Positions 30,001-45,000 of a stretch of 64,000 bases of DNA are shown in pieces (the first letter of the stretch is position 1; each line of letters opens with the position of its first letter). Source of the DNA: Auanema rhodensis (lineage: Eukaryota > Animalia > Nematoda); contig CAXKVF010000073.1 of assembly GCA_964057225.1 (NCBI GenBank), positions 1,337,252 through 1,401,251 on the forward strand, written 5' to 3'. Below the pieces are notes generated by a model, which saw only the letters and a list, made by a program, of their open reading frames with translations, ran no database searches and was not told where the DNA came from. Position numbers and translations under genes: made by a program.

Positions 30001-33000
30001 CAAGTGTACATTTAATTAGCATAAATTAAAGTTCACGTAAATTTCAAAGTCATGGTTACCATGAAGCAATATCAATAAAAATTTGTTTTTAGACTAATAT
30101 GGACATGGGGAATCTAATTTTGAAAACCGCATCTCTTTATCTTTCACGTGAAGCGAGTTACATACCAAGTGCACATCACGTGTACATTTAATTAGCATAA
30201 ATTAAAGTTCACGTAAATTTCAAAGTCATGGTTACCATGAACCAATATCAATAAAAATTTGTTTTTAGACTAATATGGACATGGAAAATCTAATTTTGAA
30301 AACCGCATCTCTTTATCTTTCACGTGAAGCGAGTTACATACCAAGTGCACATCAAGTGTACATTTAATTAGCATAAATTAAAGTTCACGTAAATTTCAAA
30401 GTCATGGTTACCATGAACCAATATCAATAAAAATTTGTTTTTAGACTAATATGGACATGGAAAATCTAATTTTGAAAACCGCATCTCTTTATCTTTCACG
30501 TGAAGCGAGTTACATACCAAGTGCACATCAAGTGTACATTTAATTAGCATAAATTAAAGTTCACGTAAATTTCAATGTCATGGTTACCATGAACCAATAT
30601 CAATAAAAATTTGTTTTTAGACTAATATGGACATGGGGAATCTAATTTTGAAAACCGCATCTCTTTATCTTTCACGTGAAGCGAGTTACATACCAAGTGC
30701 ACATCACGTGTACATTTAATTAGCATAAATTAAAGTTCACGTAAATTTCAAAGTCATGGTTACCATGAACCAATATCAATAAAAATTTGTTTTTAGACTA
30801 ATATGGACATGGGGAATCTAATTTTGAAAACCGCATCTCTTTATCTTTCACGTGAAGCGAGTTACATACCAAGTGCACATCTCGTGTACATTTAATTAGC
30901 ATAAATTAAAGTTCACGTAAATTTCAAAGTCATGGTTACCATGAACCAATATCAATAAAAATTTGTTTTTAGACTAATATGGACATGGGGAATCTAATTT
31001 TGAAAACCGCATCTCTTTATCTTTCACGTGAAGCGAGTTACATACCAAGTGCACATCACGTGTACATTTAATTAGCATAAATTAAAGTTCACGTAAATTT
31101 CAAAGTCATGGTTACCATGAAGCAATATCAATAAAAATTTGTTTTTAGACTAATATGGACATGGAAAATCTAATTTTGAAAACCGCATCTCTTTATCTTT
31201 CACGTGAAGCGAGTTACATACCAAGTGCACATCAAGTGTACATTTAATTAGCATAAATTAAAGTTCACGTAAATTTCAAAGTCATGGTTACCATGAAGCA
31301 ATATCAATAAAAATTTGTTTTTAGACTAATATGGACATGGGGAATCTAATTTTGAAAACCGCATCTCTTTATCTTTCACGTGAAGCGAGTTACATACCAA
31401 GTGCACATCACGTGTACATTTAATTAGCATAAATTAAAGTTCACGTAAATTTCAAAGTCATGGTTACCATGAACCAATATCAATAAAAATTTGTTTTTAG
31501 ACTAATATGGACATGGAAAATCTAATTTTGAAAACCGCATCTCTTTATCTTTCACGTGAAGCGAGTTACATACCAAGTGCACATCAAGTGTACATTTAAT
31601 TAGCATAAATTAAAGTTCACGTAAATTTCAAAGTCATGGTTACCATGAACCAATATCAATAAAAATTTGTTTTTAGACTAATATGGACATGGAAAATCTA
31701 ATTTTGAAAACCGCATCTCTTTATCTTTCACGTGAAGCGAGTTACATACCAAGTGCACATCAAGTGTACATTTAATTAGCATAAATTAAAGTTCACGTAA
31801 ATTTCAATGTCATGGTTACCATGAACCAATATCAATAAAAATTTGTTTTTAGACTAATATGGACATGGGGAATCTAATTTTGAAAACCGCATCTCTTTAT
31901 CTTTCACGTGAAGCGAGTTACATACCAAGTGCACATCACGTGTACATTTAATTAGCATAAATTAAAGTTCACGTAAATTTCAAAGTCATGGTTACCATGA
32001 ACCAATATCAATAAAAATTTGTTTTTAGACTAATATGGACATGGGGAATCTAATTTTGAAAACCGCATCTCTTTATCTTTCACGTGAAGCGAGTTACATA
32101 CCAAGTGCACATCTCGTGTACATTTAATTAGCATAAATTAAAGTTCACGTAAATTTCAAAGTCATGGTTACCATGAACCAATATCAATAAAAATTTGTTT
32201 TTAGACTAATATGGACATGGGGAATCTAATTTTGAAAACCGCATCTCTTTATCTTTCACGTGAAGCGAGTTACATACCAAGTGCACATCACGTGTACATT
32301 TAATTAGCATAAATTAAAGTTCACGTAAATTTCAAAGTCATGGTTACCATGAAGCAATATCAATAAAAATTTGTTTTTAGACTAATATGGACATGGGGAA
32401 TCTAATTTTGAAAACCGCATCTCTTTATTTTTCACGTGAAGCGAGTTACATACCAAGTGCACATCACGTGTACATTTAATTAGCATAAATTAAAGTTCAC
32501 GTAAATTTCAAAGTCATGGTTACCATGAACCAATATCAATAAAAATTTGTTTTTAGACTAATATGGACATGGAAAATCTAATTTTGAAAACCGCATCTCT
32601 TTATCTTTCACGTGAAGCGAGTTACATACCAAGTGCACATCACGTGTACATTTAATTAGCATAAATTAAAGTTCACGTAAATTTCAAAGTCATGGTTACC
32701 ATGAAGCAATATCAATAAAAATTTGTTTTTAGACTAAAATGGACATGGGGAATCTAATTTTGAAAACCGCATCTCTTTATCTTTCACGTGAAGCGAGTTA
32801 CATACCAAGTGCACATCACGTGTACATTTAATTAGCATAAATTAAAGTTCACGTAAATTTCAAAGTCATGGTTACCATGAACCAATATCAATAAAAATTT
32901 GTTTTTAGACTAATATGGACATGGGGAATCTAATTTTGAAAACCGCATCTCTTTATCTTTCACGTGAAGCGAGTTACATACCAAGTGCACATCACGTGTA

Positions 33001-36000
33001 CATTTAATTAGCATAAATTAAAGTTCACGTAAATTTCAAAGTCATGGTTACCATGAACCAATATCAATAAAAATTTGTTTTTAGACTAATATGGACATGG
33101 GGAATCTAATTTTGAAAACCGCATCTCTTTATCTTTCACGTGAAGCGAGTTACATACCAAGTGCACATCACGTGTACATTTAATAAGCATAAATTAAAGT
33201 TCACGTAAATTTCAAAGTCATGGTTACCATGAACCAATATCAATAAAAATTTGTTTTTAGACTAATATGGACATGGGGAATCTAATTTTGAAAACCGCAT
33301 CTCTTTATCTTTCACGTGAAGCGAGTTACATACCAAGTGCACATCACGTGTACATTTAATTAGCATAAATTAAAGTTCACGTAAATTTCAAAGTCATGGT
33401 TACCATGCACCAATATCAATAAAAATTTGTTTTTAGACTAATATGGACATGGGGAATCTAATTTTGAAAACCGCATCTCTTTATCTTTCACGTGAAGCGA
33501 GTTACATACCAAGTGCACATCACGTGTACATTTAATTAGCATAAATTAAAGTTCACGTAAATTTCAAAGTCATGGTTACCATGCACCAATATCAATAAAA
33601 ACTTGTTTTTAGACTAATATGGACATGGGGAATCTAATTTTGAAAACCGCATCTCTTTATCTTTCACGTGAAGCGAGTTACATACCAAGTGCACATCACG
33701 TGTACATTTAATTAGCATAAATTAAAGTTCACGTAAATTTCAAAGTCATGGTTACCATGAACCAATATCAATAAAAATTTGTTTTTAGACTAATATGGAC
33801 ATGGGGAATCTAATTTTGAAAACCGCATCTCTTTATCTTTCACGTGAAGCGAGTTACATACCAAGTGCACATCACGTGTACATTTAATTAGCATAAATTA
33901 AAGTTCACGTAAATTTCAAAGTCATGGTTACCATGAACCAATATCAATAAAAATTTGTTTTTAGACTAATATGGACATGGGGAATCTAATTTTGAAAACC
34001 GCATCTCTTTATCTTTCACGTGAAGCGAGTTACATACCAAGTGCACATCACGTGTACATTTAATTAGCATAAATTAAAGTTCACGTAAATTTCAAAGTCA
34101 TGGTTACCATGAAGCAATATCAATAAAAATTTGTTTTTAGACTAATATGGACATGGGGAATCTAATTTTGAAAACCGCATCTCTTTATCTTTCACGTGAA
34201 GCGAGTTACATACCAAGTGCACATCACGTGTACATTTAATTAGCATTAATTAAAGTTCACGTAAATTTCAAAGTCATGGTTACCATGAAGCAATATCAAT
34301 AAAAATTTGTTTTTAGACTAATATGGACATGGGGAATCTAATTTTGGAAACCGCATCTCTTTATCTTTCACGTGAAGCGAGTTACATACGAAGTGCACAT
34401 CACGTGTACATTTAATTAGCATAAATTAAAGTTCACGTAAATTTCAAAGTCATGGTTACCATGAACCAATATCAATAAAAATTTGTTTTTAGACTAATAT
34501 GGACATGGGGAATCTAATTTTGAAAACCGCATCTCTTTATCTTTCACGTGAAGCGAGTTACATACCAAGTGCACATCACGTGTACATTTAATTAGCATAA
34601 ATTAAAGTTCACGTAAATTTCAAAGTCATGGTTACCATGAAGCAATATCAATAAAAATTTGTTTTTAGACTAATATGGACATGGGGAATCTAATTTTGAA
34701 AACCGCATCTCTTTATCTTTCACGTGAAGCGAGTTACATACCAAGTGCACATCACGTGTACATTTAATTAGCATAAATTAAAGTTCACGTAAATTTCAAA
34801 GTCATGGTTACCATGAACCAATATCAATAAAAACTTGTTTTTAGACTAATATGGACATGGGGAATCTAATTTTGAAAACCGCATCTCTTTATCTTTCACG
34901 TGAAGCGAGTTACATACCAAGTGCACATCACGTGTACATTTAATTAGCATAAATTAAAGTTCACGTAAATTTCAAAGTCATGGTTACCATGAACCAATAT
35001 CAATAAAAATTTGTTTTTAGACTAATATGGACATGGGGAATCTAATTTTGAAAACCGCATCTCTTTATCTTTCACGTGAAGCGAGTTACATACCAAGTGC
35101 ACATCACGTGTACATTTAATAAGCATAAATTAAAGTTCACGTAAATTTCAAAGTCATGGTTACCATGAACCAATATCAATAAAAATTTGTTTTTAGACTA
35201 ATATGGACATGGGGAATCTAATTTTGAAAACCGCATCTCTTTATCTTTCACGTGAAGCGAGTTACATACCAAGTGCACATCACGTGTACATTTAATTAGC
35301 ATAAATTAAAGTTCACGTAAATTTCAAAGTCATGGTTACCATGCACCAATATCAATAAAAATTTGTTTTTAGACTAATATGGACATGGGGAATCTAATTT
35401 TGAAAACCGCATCTCTTTATCTTTCACGTGAAGCGAGTTACATACCAAGTGCACATCACGTGTACATTTAATTAGCATAAATTAAAGTTCACGTAAATTT
35501 CAAAGTCATGGTTACCATGCACCAATATCAATAAAAATTTGTTTTTAGACTAATATGGACATGGGGAATCTAATTTTGAAAACCGCATCTCTTTATCTTT
35601 CACGTGAAGCGAGTTACATACCAAGTGCACATCACGTGTACATTTAATTAGCATAAATTAAAGTTCACGTAAATTTCAAAGTCATGGTTACCATGAACCA
35701 ATATCAATAAAAATTTGTTTTTAGACTAATATGGACATGGGGAATCTAATTTTGAAAACCGCATCTCTTTATCTTTCACGTGAAGCGAGTTACATACCAA
35801 GTGCACATCACGTGTACATTTAATTAGCATAAATTAAAGTTCACGTAAATTTCAAAGTCATGGTTACCATGAACCAATATCAATAAAAATTTGTTTTTAG
35901 ACTAATATGGACATGGGGAATCTAATTTTGAAAACCGCATCTCTTTATCTTTCACGTGAAGCGAGTTACATACCAAGTGCACATCACGTGTACATTTAAT

Positions 36001-39000
36001 TAGCATAAATTAAAGTTCACGTAAATTTCAAAGTCATGGTTACCATGAAGCAATATCAATAAAAATTTGTTTTTAGACTAATATGGACATGGGGAATCTA
36101 ATTTTGAAAACCGCATCTCTTTATCTTTCACGTGAAGCGAGTTACATACCAAGTGCACATCACGTGTACATTTAATTAGCATTAATTAAAGTTCACGTAA
36201 ATTTCAAAGTCATGGTTACCATGAAGCAATATCAATAAAAATTTGTTTTTAGACTAATATGGACATGGGGAATCTAATTTTGGAAACCGCATCTCTTTAT
36301 CTTTCACGTGAAGCGAGTTACATACGAAGTGCACATCACGTGTACATTTAATTAGCATAAATTAAAGTTCACGTAAATTTCAAAGTCATGGTTACCATGA
36401 ACCAATATCAATAAAAATTTGTTTTTAGACTAATATGGACATGGGGAATCTAATTTTGAAAACCGCATCTCTTTATCTTTCACGTGAAGCGAGTTACATA
36501 CCAAGTGCACATCACGTGTACATTTAATTAGCATAAATTAAAGTTCACGTAAATTTCAAAGTCATGGTTACCATGAAGCAATATCAATAAAAATTTGTTT
36601 TTAGACTAATATGGACATGGGGAATCTAATTTTGAAAACCGCATCTCTTTATCTTTCACGTGAAGCGAGTTACATACCAAGTGCACATCACGTGTACATT
36701 TAATTAGCATTAATTAAAGTTCACGTAAATTTCAAAGTCATGGTTACCATGAAGCAATATCAATAAAAATTTGTTTTTAGACTAATATGGACATGGGGAA
36801 TCTAATTTTGAAAACCGCATCTCTTTATCTTTCACGTGAAGCGAGTTACATACCAAGTGCACATCACGTGTACATTTAATTAGCATAAATTAAAGTTCAC
36901 GTAAATTTCAAAGTCATGGTTACCATGAACCAATATCAATAAAAATTTGTTTTTAGACTAATATGGACATGGGGAATCTAATTTTGAAAACCGCATCTCT
37001 TTATCTTTCACGTGAAGCGAGTTACATACCAAGTGCACATCACGTGTACATTTAATTAGCATAAATTAAAGTTCACGTAAATTTCAAAGTCATGGTTACC
37101 ATGCACCAATATCAATAAAAATTTGTTTTTAGACTAATATGGACATGGGGAATCTAATTTTGAAAACCGCATCTCTTTATCTTTCACGTGAAGCGAGTTA
37201 CATACCAAGTGCACATCACGTGTACATTTAATTAGCATAAATTAAAGTTCACGTAAATTTCAAAGTCATGGTTACCATGAACCAATATCAATAAAAATTT
37301 GTTTTTAGACTAATATGGACATGGGGAATCTAATTTTGAAAACCGCATCTCTTTATCTTTCACGTGAAGCGAGTTACATACCAAGTGCACATCACGTGTA
37401 CATTTAATTAGCATAAATTAAAGTTCACGTAAATTTCAAAGTCATGGTTACCATGAACCAATATCAATAAAAATTTGTTTTTAGACTAATATGGACATGG
37501 GGAATCTAATTTTGAAAACCGCATCTCTTTATCTTTCACGTGAAGCGAGTTACATACCAAGTGCACATCACGTGTACATTTAATTAGCATAAATTAAAGT
37601 TCACGTAAATTTCAAAGTCATGGTTACCATGCACCAATATCAATAAAAATTTGTTTTTAGACTAATATGGACATGGGGAATCTAATTTTGAAAACCGCAT
37701 CTCTTTATCTTTCACGTGAAGCGAGTTACATACCAAGTGCACATCACGTGTACATTTAATTAGCATAAATTAAAGTTCACGTAAATTTCAAAGTCATGGT
37801 TACCATGAACCAATATCAATAAAAATTTTTTTTTAGACTAATATGGACATGGGGAATCTAATTTTGAAAACCACATCTCTTTATCTTTCACGTGAAGCGA
37901 GTTACATACCAAGTGCACATCACGTGTACATTTAATTAGCATAAATTAAAGTTCACGTAAATTTCAAAGTCATGGTTACCATGAACCAATATCAATAAAA
38001 ATTTGTTTTTAGACTAATATGGACATGGGGAATCTAATTTTGAAAACCGCATCTCTTTATCTTTCACGTGAAGCGAGTTACATACCAAGTGCACATCACG
38101 TGTACATTTAATTAGCATAAATTAAAGTTCACGTAAATTTCAAAGTCATGGTTACCATGAACCAATATCAATAAAAATTTGTTTTTAGACTAATATGGAC
38201 ATGGAAAATCTAATTTTGAAAACCGCATCTCTTTATCTTTCACGTGAAGCGAGTTACATACCAAGTGCACATCACGTGTACATTTAATTAGCATAAATTA
38301 AAGTTCACGTAAATTTCAAAGTCATGGTTACCATGAAGCAATATCAATAAAAATTTGTTTTTAGACTAATATGGACATGGGGAATCTAATTTTGAAAACC
38401 GCATCTCTTTATCTTTCACGTGAAGCGAGTTACATACCAAGTGCACATCACGTGTACATTTAATTAGCATTAATTAAAGTTCACGTAAATTTCAAAGTCA
38501 TGGTTACCATGAAGCAATATCAATAAAAATTTGTTTTTAGACTAATATGGACATGGGGAATCTAATTTTGGAAACCGCATCTCTTTATCTTTCACGTGAA
38601 GCGAGTTACATACGAAGTGCACATCACGTGTACATTTAATTAGCATAAATTAAAGTTCACGTAAATTTCAAAGTCATGGTTACCATGAACCAATATCAAT
38701 AAAAATTTGTTTTTAGACTAATATGGACATGGGGAATCTAATTTTGAAAACCGCATCTCTTTATCTTTCACGTGAAGCGAGTTACATACCAAGTGCACAT
38801 CACGTGTACATTTAATTAGCATAAATTAAAGTTCACGTAAATTTCAAAGTCATGGTTACCATGAAGCAATATCAATAAAAATTTGTTTTTAGACTAATAT
38901 GGACATGGGGAATCTAATTTTGAAAACCGCATCTCTTTATCTTTCACGTGAAGCGAGTTACATACCAAGTGCACATCACGTGTACATTTAATTAGCATTA

Positions 39001-42000
39001 ATTAAAGTTCACGTAAATTTCAAAGTCATGGTTACCATGAAGCAATATCAATAAAAATTTGTTTTTAGACTAATATGGACATGGGGAATCTAATTTTGAA
39101 AACCGCATCTCTTTATCTTTCACGTGAAGCGAGTTACATACCAAGTGCACATCACGTGTACATTTAATTAGCATAAATTAAAGTTCACGTAAATTTCAAA
39201 GTCATGGTTACCATGAACCAATATCAATAAAAATTTGTTTTTAGACTAATATGGACATGGGGAATCTAATTTTGAAAACCGCATCTCTTTATCTTTCACG
39301 TGAAGCGAGTTACATACCAAGTGCACATCACGTGTACATTTAATTAGCATAAATTAAAGTTCACGTAAATTTCAAAGTCATGGTTACCATGCACCAATAT
39401 CAATAAAAATTTGTTTTTAGACTAATATGGACATGGGGAATCTAATTTTGAAAACCGCATCTCTTTATCTTTCACGTGAAGCGAGTTACATACCAAGTGC
39501 ACATCACGTGTACATTTAATTAGCATAAATTAAAGTTCACGTAAATTTCAAAGTCATGGTTACCATGAACCAATATCAATAAAAATTTGTTTTTAGACTA
39601 ATATGGACATGGGGAATCTAATTTTGAAAACCGCATCTCTTTATCTTTCACGTGAAGCGAGTTACATACCAAGTGCACATCACGTGTACATTTAATTAGC
39701 ATAAATTAAAGTTCACGTAAATTTCAAAGTCATGGTTACCATGAACCAATATCAATAAAAATTTGTTTTTAGACTAATATGGACATGGGGAATCTAATTT
39801 TGAAAACCGCATCTCTTTATCTTTCACGTGAAGCGAGTTACATACCAAGTGCACATCACGTGTACATTTAATTAGCATAAATTAAAGTTCACGTAAATTT
39901 CAAAGTCATGGTTACCATGAACCAATATCAATAAAAATTTTTTTTTAGACTAATATGGACATGGGGAATCTAATTTTGAAAACCACATCTCTTTATCTTT
40001 CACGTGAAGCGAGTTACATACCAAGTGCACATCACGTGTACATTTAATTAGCATAAATTAAAGTTCACGTAAATTTCAAAGTCATGGTTACCATGAACCA
40101 ATATCAATAAAAATTTGTTTTTAGACTAATATGGACATGGGGAATCTAATTTTGAAAACCGCATCTCTTTATCTTTCACGTGAAGCGAGTTACATACCAA
40201 GTGCACATCACGTGTACATTTAATTAGCATAAATTAAAGTTCACGTAAATTTCAAAGTCATGGTTACCATGAACCAATATCAATAAAAATTTGTTTTTAG
40301 ACTAATATGGACATGGAAAATCTAATTTTGAAAACCGCATCTCTTTATCTTTCACGTGAAGCGAGTTACATACCAAGTGCACATCACGTGTACATTTAAT
40401 TAGCATAAATTAAAGTTCACGTAAATTTCAAAGTCATGGTTACCATGAAGCAATATCAATAAAAATTTGTTTTTAGACTAATATGGACATGGGGAATCTA
40501 ATTTTGAAAACCGCATCTCTTTATCTTTCACGTGAAGCGAGTTACATACCAAGTGCACATCACGTGTACATTTAATTAGCATAAATTAAAGTTCACGTAA
40601 ATTTCAAAGTCATGGTTACCATGAACCAATATCAATAAAAATTTGTTTTTAGACTAATATGGACATGGGGAATCTAATTTTGAAAACCGCATCTCTTTAT
40701 CTTTCACGTGAAGCGAGTTACATACCAAGTGCACATCACGTGTACATTTAATTAGCATAAATTAAAGTTCACGTAAATTTCAAAGTCATGGTTACCATGA
40801 AGCAATATCAATAAAAATTTGTTTTTAGACTAATATGGACATGGGGAATCTAATTTTGAAAACCGCATCTCTTTATCTTTCACGTGAAGCGAGTTACATA
40901 CCAAGTGCACATCACGTGTACATTTAATTAGCATAAATTAAAGTTCACGTAAATTTCAAAGTCATGGTTACCATGAACCAATATCAATAAAAATTTGTTT
41001 TTAGACTAATATGGACATGGGGAATCTAATTTTGAAAACCGCATCTCTTTATCTTTCACGTGAAGCGAGTTACATACCAAGTGCACATCACGTGTACATT
41101 TAATTAGCATAAATTAAAGTTCACGTAAATTTCAAAGTCATGGTTACCATGAAGCAATATCAATAAAAATTTGTTTTTAGACTAATATGGACATGGAAAA
41201 TCTAATTTTGAAAACCGCATCTCTTTATCTTTCACGTGAAGCGAGTTACATACCAAGTGCACATCACGTGTACATTTAATTAGCATAAATTAAAGTTCAC
41301 GTAAATTTCAAAGTCATGGTTACCATGAAGCAATATCAATAAAAATTTGTTTTTAGACTAATATGGACATGGGGAATCTAATTTTGAAAACCGCATCTCT
41401 TTATCTTTCACGTGAAGCGAGTTACATACCAAGTGCACATCACGTGTACATTTAATTAGCATAAATTAAAGTTCACGTAAATTTCAAAGTCATGGTTACC
41501 ATGAACCAATATCAATAAAAATTTGTTTTTAGACTAATATGGACATGGGGAATCTAATTTTGAAAACCGCATCTCTTTATCTTTCACGTGAAGCGAGTTA
41601 CATACCAAGTGCACATCACGTGTACATTTAATTAGCATAAATTAAAGTTCACGTAAATTTCAAAGTCATGGTTACCATGAAGCAATATCAATAAAAATTT
41701 GTTTTTAGACTAATATGGACATGGGGAATCTTATTTTGAAAACCGCATCTCTTTATCTTTCACGTGAAGCGAGTTACATACCAAGTGCACATCATGTGTA
41801 CATTTAATTAGCATAAATTAAAGTTCACGTAAATTTCAAAGTCATGGTTACCATGAACCAATATCAATAAAAATTTGTTTTTAGACTAATATGGACATGG
41901 GGAATCTAATTTTGAAAACCGCATCTCTTTATCTTTCACGTGAAGCGAGTTACATACCAAGTGCACATCACGTGTACATTTAATTAGCATAAATTAAAGT

Positions 42001-45000
42001 TCACGTAAATTTCAAAGTCATGGTTACCATGCACCAATATCAATAAAAATTTGTTTTTAGACTAATATGGACATGGGGAATCTAATTTTGAAAACCGCAT
42101 CTCTTTATCTTTCACGTGAAGCGAGTTACATACCAAGTGCACATCACGTGTACATTTAATTAGCATAAATTAAAGTTCACGTAAATTTCAAAGTCATGGT
42201 TACCATGAAGCAATATCAATAAAAATTTGTTTTTAGACTAATATGGACATGGGGAATCTAATTTTGAAAACCGCATCTCTTTATCTTTCACGTGAAGCGA
42301 GTTACATACCAAGTGCACATCACGTGTACATTTAATTAGCATAAATTAAAGTTCACGTAAATTTCAAAGTCATGGTTACCATGAACCAATATCAATAAAA
42401 ATTTGTTTTTAGACTAATATGGACATGGGGAATCTAATTTTGAAAACCGCATCTCTTTATCTTTCACGTGAAGCGAGTTACATACCAAGTGCACATCACG
42501 TGTACATTTAATTAGCATAAATTAAAGTTCACGTAAATTTCAAAGTCATGGTTACCATGAAGCAATATCAATAAAAATTTGTTTTTAGACTAATATGGAC
42601 ATGGGGAATCTTATTTTGAAAACCGCATCTCTTTATCTTTCACGTGAAGCGAGTTACATACCAAGTGCACATCATGTGTACATTTAATTAGCATAAATTA
42701 AAGTTCACGTAAATTTCAAAGTCATGGTTACCATGAACCAATATCAATAAAAATTTGTTTTTAGACTAATATGGACATGGGGAATCTAATTTTGAAAACC
42801 GCATCTCTTTATCTTTCACGTGAAGCGAGTTACATACCAAGTGCACATCACGTGTACATTTAATTAGCATAAATTAAAGTTCACGTAAATTTCAAAGTCA
42901 TGGTTACCATGCACCAATATCAATAAAAATTTGTTTTTAGACTAATATGGACATGGGAAATCTAATTTTGAAAACCGCATCTCTTTATCTTTCACGTGAA
43001 GCGAGTTACATACCAAGTGCACATCACGTGTACATTTAATTAGCATAAATTAAAGTTCACGTAAATTTCAAAGTCATGGTTACCATGAAGCAATATCAAT
43101 AAAAATTTGTTTTTAGACTAATATGGACATGGGGAATCTAATTTTGAAAACCGCATCTCTTTATCTTTCACGTGAAGCGAGTTACATACCAAGTGCACAT
43201 CACGTGTACATTTAATTAGCATAAATTAAAGTTCACGTAAATTTCAAAGTCATGGTTACCATGAACCAATATCAATAAAAATTTGTTTTTAGACTAATAT
43301 GGACATGGGGAATCTAATTTTGAAAACCGCATCTCTTTATCTTTCACGTGAAGCGAGTTACATACCAAGTGCACATCACGTGTACATTTAATTAGCATAA
43401 ATTAAAGTTCACGTAAATTTCAAAGTCATGGTTACCATGAAGCAATATCAATAAAAATTTGTTTTTAGACTAATATGGACATGGGGAATCTTATTTTGAA
43501 AACCGCATCTCTTTATCTTTCACGTGAAGCGAGTTACATACCAAGTGCACATCATGTGTACATTTAATTAGCATAAATTAAAGTTCACGTAAATTTCAAA
43601 GTCATGGTTACCATGAACCAATATCAATAAAAATTTGTTTTTAGACTAATATGGACATGGGGAATCTAATTTTGAAAACCGCATCTCTTTATCTTTCACG
43701 TGAAGCGAGTTACATACCAAGTGCACATCACGTGTACATTTAATTAGCATAAATTAAAGTTCACGTAAATTTCAAAGTCATGGTTACCATGCACCAATAT
43801 CAATAAAAATTTGTTTTTAGACTAATATGGACATGGGGAATCTAATTTTGAAAACCGCATCTCTTTATCTTTCACGTGAAGCGAGTTACATACCAAGTGC
43901 ACATCACGTGTACATTTAATTAGCATAAATTAAAGTTCACGTAAATTTCAAAGTCATGGTTACCATGAACCAATATCAATAAAAATTTGTTTTTAGACTA
44001 ATATGGACATGGGGAATCTAATTTTGAAAACCGCATCTCTTTATCTTTCACGTGAAGCGAGTTACATACCAAGTGCACATCACGTGTACATTTAATTAGC
44101 ATAAATTAAAGTTCACGTAAATTTCAAAGTCATGGTTACCATGAACCAATATCAATAAAAATTTGTTTTTAGACTAATATGGACATGGGGAATCTAATTT
44201 TGAAAACCGCATCTCTTTATCTTTCACGTGAAGCGAGTTACATACCAAGTGCACATCACGTGTACATTTAATTAGCATAAATTAAAGTTCACGTAAATTT
44301 CAAAGTCATGGTTACCATGAACCAATATCAATAAAAATTTGTTTTTAGACTAATATGGACATGGAAAATCTAATTTTGAAAACCGCATCTCTTTATCTTT
44401 CACGTGAAGCGAGTTACATACCAAGTGCACATCACGTGTACATTTAATTAGCATAAATTAAAGTTCACGTAAATTTCAAAGTCATGGTTACCATGAAGCA
44501 ATATCAATAAAAATTTGTTTTTAGACTAATATGGACATGGGGAATCTAATTTTGAAAACCGCATCTCTTTATCTTTCACGTGAAGCGAGTTACATACCAA
44601 GTGCACATCACGTGTACATTTAATTAGCATAAATTAAAGTTCACGTAAATTTCAAAGTCATGGTTACCATGAACCAATATCAATAAAAATTTGTTTTTAG
44701 ACTAATATGGACATGGGGAATCTAATTTTGAAAACCGCATCTCTTTATCTTTCACGTGAAGCGAGTTACATACCAAGTGCACATCACGTGTACATTTAAT
44801 TAGCATAAATTAAAGTTCACGTAAATTTCAAAGTCATGGTTACCATGAACCAATATCAATAAAAATTTGTTTTTAGACTAATATGGACATGGGAAATCTA
44901 ATTTTGAAAACCGCATCTCTTTATCTTTCACGTGAAGCGAGTTACATACCAAGTGCACATCACGTGTACATTTAATTAGCATAAATTAAAGTTCACGTAA

